Below, piece by piece: positions 8,778 through 17,090 of a DNA stretch of 52,355 nt. The notes beneath the pieces are model-generated. The model had not been told where the DNA came from. It ran no database searches and worked only from the letters and a program-made list of their open reading frames with translations. The DNA comes from an uncultured Saprospirales bacterium (GTDB lineage: Bacteria > Bacteroidota > Bacteroidia > Chitinophagales > CAJXBJ01). The stretch is taken from assembly GCA_913050195.1 (NCBI GenBank), contig CAJXBJ010000003.1:1-52355 (forward strand). Reading direction: 5' to 3'. The position numbers and the translations under genes are program-made. The first letter of the stretch is position 1, and the number at the start of each line of letters is the position of its first letter.

Positions 8778-10670
8778 ATGTTAAAGCTGTTTTTTAAAGG
8801 TGGGAGTTTGTCTAGAGGGAGTATTTTTATGGTTGATTTAATCATATGTACTTTTGTTATCTATCTAGCTTATTTACTCCGTTTTAATTTTCAAATCCCA
8901 CAATCAAGCCAGGAGCAATTATGGTTAGCAATCCCCTTGGTTTTGGGCTTTAGAACATTGACTTTTGTAGTCTTTAGGAGTTATTCAGGTGTTATACTGC
9001 ATACAAGTACGGAAGATGCACTTCGTATATTTTTGACGGTATCAATAGGTTCTATTTGTTTTTTGTTGGCTAATCTAATTAGTTTTGGCTTTAGAGATGT
9101 CTTCATTATACCGCATTCGATTATAATTATTGACTATGTCTTTTGTATTTTCTTTCTAACCGGTTTTAGAATCTTTATTAAGGTCTTATATCTTGAACTT
9201 ATGAATGTCCAAAAGGAAAGGTCAAATGTTTTAATTTATGGGGCTGGTCAGGAAGGAATTGTAACAAAAAGAACTTTGGAAAGAGATCGTGAAGTAAAGT
9301 ATAAAGTGGTTGGCTTTATAGATGAGAATTCATACATGGCTCGAATGAAACTAGAGGGTGTGAACGTTTATCATACTTCAGATGATTTATTTGAAATAAT
9401 GGAGGATAAAAAAATTAATTTATTAATTTTTTCTAAAGATAAAATCAATAGTCAAACTAAAAAATCATTAATTAATGATTGTTTGAGGTCCAAGGTAAAA
9501 GTGCTTAATGTGCCGCCAATGCAAAAGTGGATTAATGGTGAATTAAGTTTTAACCAAATTCGTCAGATTAAAATTGAAGATCTTTTAGGAAGGGAGCCTA
9601 TTCATTTAGATAAGACCCTTATTAATAAGGATATTAAAGGCAAATGTGTCTTAGTTACAGGCGCAGCGGGTTCAATTGGTTCAGAATTGGTTCGCCAAAT
9701 TCTTTTCTTTAATCCAGATAGGCTTATTATGTTGGATCAGGCAGAATCTGCAATTTATGATTTAGATATTGAGCTTAGAGGCAACTATGTTCCATTTCAG
9801 GATTACGAGGTTGTTATTGGTGATGTGCGAAATATGGATCGTATGCTTAATGTGTTTAGCACATTTAAGCCAGATATTGTATTTCATGCTTCTGCCTATA
9901 AGCATGTGCCACTGATGGAAAGTAATCCATCTGAGGCTATTTTGACAAATGTTCTTGGAACAAAAAATGTTGCAGATTTATCTGTGAAGTTTGAAGTTGA
10001 TAAATTTGTCTTGATATCTACAGATAAAGCTGTCAACCCAACTAATGTTATGGGTGCCTCAAAGCGTATAGCAGAGATATATGTTCAATCCTTAAATGCT
10101 TTTCAAGATTCATTAAGGCACCAAACTGCCTTTGTAACTACTCGATTTGGAAATGTATTAGGATCAAATGGTTCAGTGATTCCTTTATTTAGAAAACAAA
10201 TAATGAATGGTGGTCCAGTTACTGTGACACATCCAGATGTTACACGTTTCTTTATGACAATTCCTGAGGCTTGTCAATTAGTTCTTGAAGCAGGTGCAAT
10301 GGGTAATGGTGGTGAGATATTTATATTTGATATGGGTACATCTGTAAAGATTATTGACTTGGCAAAGAAAATGATTGAGCTTTCAGGTCTTGAACTTGAT
10401 AAAGATATTAAGATTAAATTCACGGGATTAAGAGATGGCGAAAAGTTGTATGAAGAGCTATTAAGTCAAGCTGAAAATACCCTGCCTACGCATCATGAAA
10501 AAATCATGATAGCTAAAGTTCGTTCTTATGAATTTGAATTAATTAATGAACAGATTAAAGATTTGATTCACAGTTTTGAGAATCAAGAAAATATGCAAAT
10601 AGTAAAGCAAATGAAAGTTCTGGTTCCAGAATTTCAAAGCAAAAATTCCATTTTTAAGAATCTTGATTAA
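8778..10670 (+). CDS. Membrane-anchored nucleotide-sugar 4,6-dehydratase/epimerase (CapD / PglF / WbpM family polysaccharide biosynthesis protein)
   Basis: N-terminal TM helices, then a Rossmann motif VLVTGAAGSIGSEL, the ASAYKHVP block (YxxxK) and ISTDKAVNPTNVMGASKR, all typical of the CapD family. Confidence 0.85.
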   Translation: MLKLFFKGGSLSRGSIFMVDLIICTFVIYLAYLLRFNFQIPQSSQEQLWLAIPLVLGFRTLTFVVFRSYSGVILHTSTEDALRIFLTVSIGSICFLLANLISFGFRDVFIIPHSIIIIDYVFCIFFLTGFRIFIKVLYLELMNVQKERSNVLIYGAGQEGIVTKRTLERDREVKYKVVGFIDENSYMARMKLEGVNVYHTSDDLFEIMEDKKINLLIFSKDKINSQTKKSLINDCLRSKVKVLNVPPMQKWINGELSFNQIRQIKIEDLLGREPIHLDKTLINKDIKGKCVLVTGAAGSIGSELVRQILFFNPDRLIMLDQAESAIYDLDIELRGNYVPFQDYEVVIGDVRNMDRMLNVFSTFKPDIVFHASAYKHVPLMESNPSEAILTNVLGTKNVADLSVKFEVDKFVLISTDKAVNPTNVMGASKRIAEIYVQSLNAFQDSLRHQTAFVTTRFGNVLGSNGSVIPLFRKQIMNGGPVTVTHPDVTRFFMTIPEACQLVLEAGAMGNGGEIFIFDMGTSVKIIDLAKKMIELSGLELDKDIKIKFTGLRDGEKLYEELLSQAENTLPTHHEKIMIAKVRSYEFELINEQIKDLIHSFENQENMQIVKQMKVLVPEFQSKNSIFKNLD

Positions 10671-11254
10671 ATATTGTTAATCAGCAAATTATGCTTATTT
10701 AATTCAACTATATCTTTAATATAGTTGCATAGGTTTGAAGGCGTGAATTGCTGCCAGAAAATATTATTTAAATCTGTATTTAAATGAAAGAATGTATTAA
10801 TATTACAAGCCTTCATTTCTTCTATAACGTGTTCTCTAAAATTAATTAAGGCAACCCAACCATCTTCGCATTCATTAGCCCATTCTTCGTAATAGCAATC
10901 ATCAGAGCCATGAAAATTTAAAATATTTTCTCCAATTATTATGAACTTATTAACCTTTTCAAAAATTAGACTATCCGCTATGTTTTGTTTTAATAACATA
11001 ATGTCATTATGCAAGCAGTCATTCCATTCACCAATTAGTTCTATAACACAGCTACCTGCCGAATAATCAACAAATAATACCTTTAAAAAAAGGGTAGAGG
11101 ATTCTATGCTATCCCATTGAGGATGAATATAGTAATTGTAAATTTTGGTTGAATATCTAAATTCATCATAATCAGTATTATAGAATGGTGAAAATTCATC
11201 TTCAGATGCTATGTAATAGTCCCTCCAGTGGTAATATGGTTCTATGTTATGCAT
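10667..11254 (-). CDS. Hypothetical cytoplasmic protein, 195 aa, rich in acidic and aromatic residues, no family recognised
   Basis: Clean ORF with no signal peptide or TM segment. Its stop shares the TTAA at 10667-10670 with the convergent CapD-like gene. Confidence 0.6.
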   Translation of the reverse strand: MHNIEPYYHWRDYYIASEDEFSPFYNTDYDEFRYSTKIYNYYIHPQWDSIESSTLFLKVLFVDYSAGSCVIELIGEWNDCLHNDIMLLKQNIADSLIFEKVNKFIIIGENILNFHGSDDCYYEEWANECEDGWVALINFREHVIEEMKACNINTFFHLNTDLNNIFWQQFTPSNLCNYIKDIVELNKHNLLINNI

Positions 11255-11275
11255 TATAAATATAAATGTATGAAC

Positions 11276-12085
11276 TTATTTATAGGATTCAATAGCTTTT
11301 CGAACACTTCCATGTGTTAACAAGGCATTTTTGGCTTCTTCATAGGTCAAATTTAGGCTCGTCATCACCATTTTTGTGCCCCTGTCTACTAATTTATTAT
11401 TTGACAACTGCATGTCAACCATACGATTATCTTTTACTCTTCCTATTTTTATCATTACTGAGGTCGATATCATATTTAAAATTAATTTCTGAGCAGTGCC
11501 TGATTTCATTCTAGTTGAACCTGTAACAAATTCTGGTCCCACTGCACAGGCTATTGGATATTTGGCAACCTTATCAAGGGGGCTTCCAGGATTACAGCAA
11601 ATACTTGCTGTCGTGATTCCAGCTTTATTGCAGGCTTCTAACGCACCAACTACATAAGGTGTTGTTCCAGAAGCGGCAATGCCAACCACAACATCCTTGA
11701 TATTTATATTATATTTATTTAAGTCTTTCCATCCCCCCATTGAATCATCTTCAGCAAATTCAACAGCTTTACGAATTGCTTTATCTCCTCCAGCCATTAA
11801 ACCTACAATTAAACCATGCTCTACACCAAAAGTTGGTGGGCATTCTGAGGCATCTACAATTCCCAATCTTCCACTAGTCCCAGCTCCAATATAAAATAAG
11901 CGGCCGCCTGCTAATAGATGGTCTGTGGCAATATCTACTACTTTCTCTATGCTATTAATTACTTTACTTATTGAAATAGGTACACTTTTATCCTCTTCGT
12001 TTATGTTTTGAAGCAGTTCTCTAGTATCCATTTTTTCCAAGTATCGATAATTAGAAGCCTCTTCAGTGATTTTTCTAAATGTCAT
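11276..12085 (-). CDS. murQ: N-acetylmuramic acid 6-phosphate etherase
   Basis: SIS-domain protein with GAGTSGRLGIVDASECPPTFG and GIAASGTTPYV blocks characteristic of MurQ; 269 aa. Confidence 0.88.
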   Translation of the reverse strand: MTFRKITEEASNYRYLEKMDTRELLQNINEEDKSVPISISKVINSIEKVVDIATDHLLAGGRLFYIGAGTSGRLGIVDASECPPTFGVEHGLIVGLMAGGDKAIRKAVEFAEDDSMGGWKDLNKYNINIKDVVVGIAASGTTPYVVGALEACNKAGITTASICCNPGSPLDKVAKYPIACAVGPEFVTGSTRMKSGTAQKLILNMISTSVMIKIGRVKDNRMVDMQLSNNKLVDRGTKMVMTSLNLTYEEAKNALLTHGSVRKAIESYK

Positions 12086-12099
12086 TAGCTGTTTTTATT

Positions 12100-12155
12100 T
12101 AAAATTAGTGAATTTCCAATGCTTTAAAATTGCGATTAGTATAAAATTGCAATTA
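12100..12155. promoter_or_regulatory. Candidate operator array in the murQ / S41-peptidase divergent region
   Basis: TAAAATTGCGATTA (12125-12138) and TAAAATTGCAATTA (12142-12155) are 13/14 identical direct repeats 17 nt apart. The second contains the perfect palindrome AATTGCAATT. A degenerate third copy, TAAAATTAGTGAATT, lies at about 12100-12114. Confidence 0.3.
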
Positions 12156-12183
12156 TCTTTGATCGACTACATTATTTGAAGCT

Positions 12184-13800
12184 GTGCAAAACAAAAAAGC
12201 ATTTTACGTTATTATTCTAGCTATAACACTTTTATTAGGCTATTTTCTAGGCTTAAATATGAATAGTGGAGGTGCTAATAACTACTCTAATCAAGCTTCC
12301 TTTAGAGACTATGATAAAATTCGTGAAGTACTTGATTATGTTAAACATCGTTATGTCGATACTATAGATCATAAAAAGATGACACAAAGTGTTATTAAGA
12401 ATTTTTTAAAAGATTTAGATCCGCATTCTGTATATGTGCCTAAGGATGAATTTTTATCATCTTTAGAAAATATGCAAGGCGCTTTTGATGGCATTGGAAT
12501 TGTTTTTTCAATTTTAAATGATACAATTTTAGTAGTAAATGCAATTAATGGTGGTCCATCGGAAAAGCTGGGCTTAATGTCTGGGGATAAAATTATTATG
12601 GTGGATGATAGTTTGGTGGCCGGTGTGGGTGTTACGGATAATGATGTTATGAAAATGCTTAGGGGCACTCGAGGAACTATTGTGAAAGTTAGTATTAAAA
12701 GATTTGGGGAGTCAAAGTTGATAGATTTCAATATTACTAGAGATAAGATACCAATTTATAGTGTAGATGCTCACTACATGATTAATTCAAATGTTGGGTA
12801 TATTAAAATATCCCGCTTTAGTCGTGAGACTTTTAATGAGTTTAAAAAAGCACTTTATGCCCTTAAACAAGAAGGTATGCAACATCTTGTTCTGGACCTT
12901 ATGAATAACTCTGGGGGGTATTTAGGTGTTGCCGTACAGATAGTTGACGAGTTTTTAGGAGGTGATAAGATGATTGTTTACACCGAAGGTGTACAACAGC
13001 AAAAACGCGAATATAGAGCTACTGAAAAAGGTGGTTTTGAAAATGGGGATTTAGTTGTCTTAGTTGATGAAGGTGCTGCCTCAGCGAGTGAAATTTTAGC
13101 TGGTGCAATTCAAGATTGGGATCGAGGTAGCATTGTTGGGCGTCGAACTTTTGGTAAAGGCTTAGTGCAAGAACAATATGTGTTTAATGATAGTTCAGCT
13201 TTGAGATTAACAGTGGCTAGATATTATACTCCACTTGGTCGATGTATTCAAAAGCCATATGACAATGGGCGCAATGCATATTATCAAGAATATTATAATC
13301 GATTTCTGAGTGGAGAAGTGTATTCTAAAGATAGTATTAAGTTAAACGATAGTATTCGATTTGTGACGCCCGGTGGAAAAGTTGTGTACGGCGGTGGTGG
13401 CATAGTTCCAGACTATTTTGTATCCATCGATACTACAGGAAGTACTAGTTTATATAGAGAGTTAAGAAGAAAAAGATTGATAGATAAGTTTTCATATAAT
13501 TATGTGTCAAAACATAGAAAAAATCTTCTTGATAAATATGCAAATGCCATAGATTTTTCAGAATCTATTTCAGAATCAACGGTAATTCTGAGAAGTTTTA
13601 AAAAATATCTCATTCAGGAAAAAGTTAATTTTAAAACCCTTGATTGGCAAAAGTCAAAGGATTGGATAAGTGGAAGTATAAATGCAAAGATTGCACAACA
13701 GTGTTGGGGTGCTAATGCCTTTTTTGAGGTATTCAATAAAACTAATCCCGCATATGTTAAGGCACTAGATATATTGAATGTGTCAGTTAGCAAGAATTAG
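12184..13800 (+). CDS. S41-family carboxy-terminal processing peptidase (Ctp/Tsp-like) with a PDZ domain
   Basis: GTG start and an N-terminal TM anchor. It has a PDZ-like block (GPSEKLGLMSGDKII) and the catalytic block LVDEGAASASEILAGAI..RTFGKGLVQ (Ser/Lys dyad). Confidence 0.88.
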   Translation: MQNKKAFYVIILAITLLLGYFLGLNMNSGGANNYSNQASFRDYDKIREVLDYVKHRYVDTIDHKKMTQSVIKNFLKDLDPHSVYVPKDEFLSSLENMQGAFDGIGIVFSILNDTILVVNAINGGPSEKLGLMSGDKIIMVDDSLVAGVGVTDNDVMKMLRGTRGTIVKVSIKRFGESKLIDFNITRDKIPIYSVDAHYMINSNVGYIKISRFSRETFNEFKKALYALKQEGMQHLVLDLMNNSGGYLGVAVQIVDEFLGGDKMIVYTEGVQQQKREYRATEKGGFENGDLVVLVDEGAASASEILAGAIQDWDRGSIVGRRTFGKGLVQEQYVFNDSSALRLTVARYYTPLGRCIQKPYDNGRNAYYQEYYNRFLSGEVYSKDSIKLNDSIRFVTPGGKVVYGGGGIVPDYFVSIDTTGSTSLYRELRRKRLIDKFSYNYVSKHRKNLLDKYANAIDFSESISESTVILRSFKKYLIQEKVNFKTLDWQKSKDWISGSINAKIAQQCWGANAFFEVFNKTNPAYVKALDILNVSVSKN

Positions 13801-13810
13801 ATTAAAAACT

Positions 13811-13841
13811 TAAACATTGTTTACAAATGTTTATGTTTTTT
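13811..13841 (+). terminator. Weak AT-rich hairpin plus T-run downstream of the S41 peptidase
   Basis: TAAACATT (13811-13818) pairs with AATGTTTA (13826-13833) and is followed by TGTTTTTT. Confidence 0.35.
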
Positions 13842-13858
13842 GGATTATTAATTCAACT

Positions 13859-14134
13859 TTAATCCTTAGGAATGCAACATGAGTGATTTGCTAGGCAAGA
13901 TCCTCCTTTTACTTGACAACCAACCTTTTCTGCAATTGTTTTATTGTTTGATTCAACTGACGAACTATCGATAGCTTTTGTTGATGCACTATCTATAAGC
14001 TCATTTTCTACTTCATCTAAAACTTCTTCAAGAGTAACGGTCGGTACTTTGTCTTTGTTTTGTGTGTTTTCTCCACACGATGCCAATATTAATCCACAGA
14101 TAAGGCATGTTAATATGTATACGTTTTTAGTCAT
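13859..14134 (-). CDS. Small lipoprotein (91 aa) with an acidic linker and a C-terminal 4-Cys motif
   Basis: Lipobox LILASC, then an acidic or Ser-rich region, ending in GCQVKGGSCLANHSCCIPKD. It starts 15 nt downstream of the der stop on the same strand. Confidence 0.55.
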   Translation of the reverse strand: MTKNVYILTCLICGLILASCGENTQNKDKVPTVTLEEVLDEVENELIDSASTKAIDSSSVESNNKTIAEKVGCQVKGGSCLANHSCCIPKD

Positions 14135-14149
14135 GTTTTCCTTAAAAAA

Positions 14150-15457
14150 TTATTTCTTCCTAAACCATAAAGTTAATGGAACCCCTTCAAAATCAAAATT
14201 TTCTCTAATCTTATTTTCTAAGAATCGTATATAGGATTCTTTAATGTACTGGGGGAAGTTAGTGAAAAAAGCGAAGGCTGGGAACTTGCCTTTAATTTGC
14301 GTAACATATTTAATCTTGATATATTTTCCTTTGTGTGATGGAGGTGGTTGCTTTTCCATAACTTTCTGAAGTAAATCATTGAGCTTACTTGTGCCTACTG
14401 TTCGGAACATATTTTCATAAACATCCAGACCTTTTTCAACGGCTTTAAATATTCGTTGCTTCGTTAATGCGGATATATATAAGATAGGGACATCCGTAAA
14501 AGGCGCAATACGTTCTTTTATTTCTTTAGAATAAGCCTCAACACTTTTATGATCTTTTTCTACAAGATCCCATTTGTTAACTAATATAATAATGCCTTTT
14601 TTTCTTTTTTGGGCTAAGTTGAAAATATTAACATCTTGAGCTTCAAATCCTTGGATAGCATCAATTAATAAGAAGCATACATTAGCCTCTTCAATGGCTT
14701 TAACTGCACGCATTACTGAGTAAAATTCTACATCTTCATATACCTTAGATTTTCTACGTATGCCTGCTGTATCAACTAGAATAAACTCTTTGCCATAGAA
14801 ATTGTATTTAGAATTGATAGTATCCCTAGTAGTGCCTGCAATATCAGTTACAATATTCCTTTCCTCTCCTAAAAGAGCATTTAGAAATGATGACTTACCG
14901 ACATTTGGTCTACCAATTATAGTGAACTTAGGTAAATCGTCGTCATCTTCCAAATCATCAATTTCCTCTAAGTGACCAACTAGCGCATCTAATAGTTCCC
15001 CAGTTCCGCTTCCACTAATAGCAGATATTTTATACAATTCACCTAGCCCCAATGAATAAAATTCATTAGCATCTAAATCTCTATAATAATTATCTACTTT
15101 GTTAACTATGGTCAGAACTGGTTTGTTTTGTTTTCTAAGTAGGTCAGCTACTTCGGCATCAAGGTCTGTAATACCTGTAGATACATCCATCATAAAAAGT
15201 AATACATCTGCTTCACCAATTGCAATATGTACCTGGTTTTTAATCTCTTTTTCAAAAATATCAGAAGAGTTCTCAACAAGACCTCCCGTATCAATTACAG
15301 AAAATTCTTTACCGTTCCAATCAGAGGTTCCATAAATCCGATCACGAGTAATACCACTCTGATCATCCACTATAGCCTTGCGGGTACCTAATAAACGATT
15401 AAAAAAAGTAGATTTACCAACATTTGGTCTTCCTATTATTGCAACAACGCCTGCCAT
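14150..15457 (-). CDS. der: Ribosome-biogenesis GTPase Der (EngA)
   Basis: Two tandem G domains (GRPNVGKST twice, DTGG/DTAG, NKVD/NKWD) plus a KH-like C-terminal domain; 435 aa. Confidence 0.95.
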   Translation of the reverse strand: MAGVVAIIGRPNVGKSTFFNRLLGTRKAIVDDQSGITRDRIYGTSDWNGKEFSVIDTGGLVENSSDIFEKEIKNQVHIAIGEADVLLFMMDVSTGITDLDAEVADLLRKQNKPVLTIVNKVDNYYRDLDANEFYSLGLGELYKISAISGSGTGELLDALVGHLEEIDDLEDDDDLPKFTIIGRPNVGKSSFLNALLGEERNIVTDIAGTTRDTINSKYNFYGKEFILVDTAGIRRKSKVYEDVEFYSVMRAVKAIEEANVCFLLIDAIQGFEAQDVNIFNLAQKRKKGIIILVNKWDLVEKDHKSVEAYSKEIKERIAPFTDVPILYISALTKQRIFKAVEKGLDVYENMFRTVGTSKLNDLLQKVMEKQPPPSHKGKYIKIKYVTQIKGKFPAFAFFTNFPQYIKESYIRFLENKIRENFDFEGVPLTLWFRKK

Positions 15458-16416
15458 TATTTTCTATATCCGTATTGATTTAAAAAGAGGTCTCGATCTT
15501 TCCAATTCTCTCTAGTCTTAACCCTTAACTGCAAAAATACTTTTTTCCCTAGAAAGTTTTCTAGCTCTTTTCTTGATAATATACCTATTTCCTTTATGCC
15601 TTTGCCTTTATTCCCTACAATTATTGGTTGATGAGATTTACGACTTACGATAATTTCAGCATCAATTCGATAAATTCTCTCTTCTTCTTCAGTTGCTATA
15701 ATAGCAACTTCGCAAGAATAAGGTATTTCTTGTTGAAAATTTTGAAATATTTTTTCACGTATTATTTCTGATATGAAAAAAGATTCCATTCGATCAGTTG
15801 TAATATCAGTAGGAAAGAAAGCTGGGCCTTCTGGAATTGCTTTAGTGATTTGTTTTAAAAGACTATCAACATTATCTTTTGTCTCTGCTGAGATGGGTAA
15901 TATAGGTACATTACTTAGGCCTAAACTTTCTAGAGTAATGTCCCATGCCTCAAAAAGAGCATCAAGTTGACTAGGCTTTTTAACTAAATCAATCTTATTA
16001 ATCAATAAAAAGGCACTTAACTGATCATCTTTGATGCGTCTAATTGCTTTTTGCAATGCTCGATAATCGTTAAGGATATCAGGAGATTCGCTAATATCTG
16101 TCATGATTAAAAGAATGTCAGCATCCTCCAAAGCTTCCTTAACCATTCCCATCATACGCTTATGAAGCGCATAGGCTGGTTTAATTATACCTGGAGTATC
16201 AGAAAATACAATTTGTAAGTTTTCTTTGTTAAGAATGCCCAATATTCGATGCCTAGTAGTTTGAGCTTTATTTGTAACTATGGCCATTTTTCTATTTAAA
16301 AAAGCATTTAGTAATGTGCTTTTCCCAACATTTGGACGACCAATGATATTTACATATCCAGATTTAAATATTTGACTAGTCATATTGCTGTCTACAAAGC
16401 TAGTAATTGTTTTCAT
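15457..16416 (-). CDS. era: GTPase Era
   Basis: GRPNVGKSTLLN, DTPG and NKID motifs with a C-terminal KH domain. An alternative ATG lies at 16383. The stop overlaps the der start by 1 nt (TAATG), indicating an era-der operon. Confidence 0.92.
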   Translation of the reverse strand: MKTITSFVDSNMTSQIFKSGYVNIIGRPNVGKSTLLNAFLNRKMAIVTNKAQTTRHRILGILNKENLQIVFSDTPGIIKPAYALHKRMMGMVKEALEDADILLIMTDISESPDILNDYRALQKAIRRIKDDQLSAFLLINKIDLVKKPSQLDALFEAWDITLESLGLSNVPILPISAETKDNVDSLLKQITKAIPEGPAFFPTDITTDRMESFFISEIIREKIFQNFQQEIPYSCEVAIIATEEEERIYRIDAEIIVSRKSHQPIIVGNKGKGIKEIGILSRKELENFLGKKVFLQLRVKTRENWKDRDLFLNQYGYRK

Positions 16417-16457
16417 TAAACGCTAGATATAATCATTGTGCATTTTTAAGTTATAAA

Positions 16458-16489
16458 TTTGGAAAAAATAAGGAAAGAGATTACTTTTG
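16458..16489 (+). promoter_or_regulatory. Bacteroidota-type promoter for the initiator tRNA (-33 TTTG, -7 TACTTTTG)
   Basis: TTTG at 16458-16461, a 20-nt spacer, then TACTTTTG at 16482-16489 (TAnnTTTG consensus). The motif ends 8 nt before tRNA position 1. Confidence 0.5.
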
Positions 16490-16497
16490 CTACACAT

Positions 16498-16570
16498 TGC
16501 GGGGTGGAGCAGTTGGTAGCTCGTCGGGCTCATAACCCGAAGGCCGTAGGTTCAAGTCCTGCCCCCGCTA
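16498..16570 (+). tRNA. Initiator tRNA-Met (anticodon CAT)
   Basis: Cloverleaf folded by hand: acceptor 16498-16504 / 16563-69, anticodon loop CTCATAA with CAT at 16531-16533, T-loop TTCAAGT. It has three consecutive G:C pairs closing the anticodon stem (GGG/CCC) and an unpaired 1:72 (T:T), both initiator hallmarks. It is very close to the E. coli tRNA-fMet sequence as I recall it. No CCA is encoded. Confidence 0.9.
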
Positions 16571-16582
16571 CTAAGAAAGTTT

Positions 16583-16626
16583 CAAAGTCCCTTGTAAATC
16601 GAAGAATTGCAAGGGACTTTGTTTTA
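16583..16626 (+). terminator. Rho-independent terminator after the tRNA
   Basis: Perfect 12-bp stem: CAAAGTCCCTTG (16583-16594) pairs with CAAGGGACTTTG (16610-16621), with a 15-nt loop followed by TTTT. Confidence 0.7.
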
Positions 16627-16633
16627 TAAAGCT

Positions 16634-17041
16634 ATGCTTGAAAAAAGTAAAATTGTTTTTTTTGATGGTGTTTGCAATTACTGTAATGCCACGGTCAATT
16701 TCGTGCTGAAGAATAATAAAGACAAGGATATTCTTTTTTGTCCATTACAGTCTTCAAAAGCTAAAATGTTTCTGACCAATATGAATGAAAATCCCAAAGC
16801 TTTAAATACCATATACTATTATTCTAGCGGAAGGGTTTATAAAAAATCTAAGGCTGTCTTAATGATATTTAAGTCCCTTAGTTTGAGCTTTAATATATTA
16901 GCATTTTTAGGAGGTTTTTTTCCGACAATAATATCAGATAAGATTTATGATATTATAGCGCAAAACCGATACAAAATTATGGGAAAAAGAACAGAATGTC
17001 GTATTCCCAATGAATCAGAAAAGTCAAGATTTATACAATAA
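16634..17041 (+). CDS. DCC1-like thiol-disulfide oxidoreductase (DUF393 family)
   Basis: FFDGVCNYCN (CxxC) near the N-terminus. The track start (TTG at 16607) lies inside the tRNA terminator hairpin, so I prefer the in-frame ATG at 16634 (MLEKSKIVFFDG..). Confidence 0.75.
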   Translation: MLEKSKIVFFDGVCNYCNATVNFVLKNNKDKDILFCPLQSSKAKMFLTNMNENPKALNTIYYYSSGRVYKKSKAVLMIFKSLSLSFNILAFLGGFFPTIISDKIYDIIAQNRYKIMGKRTECRIPNESEKSRFIQ

Positions 17042-17070
17042 AAAAAGCAGATATTAATATCTGCTTTTTA
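17041..17070. terminator. Bidirectional hairpin terminator between convergent genes
   Basis: AAAAAAGCAGATATTAATATCTGCTTTTT is a palindromic stem, GCAGATAT/ATATCTGC, flanked by an A-run and a T-run. Confidence 0.65.
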
Positions 17071-17090
17071 AATATAATATGAGCTTTAAA

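Noticed and set aside
13859-14134. The Cys-rich small ORF as a RiPP or bacteriocin precursor
   Set aside because: It begins with a typical lipoprotein signal rather than a leader with a GG or other cleavage motif. No modifying enzyme, peptidase-transporter or immunity gene is adjacent. I keep it only as a curiosity.
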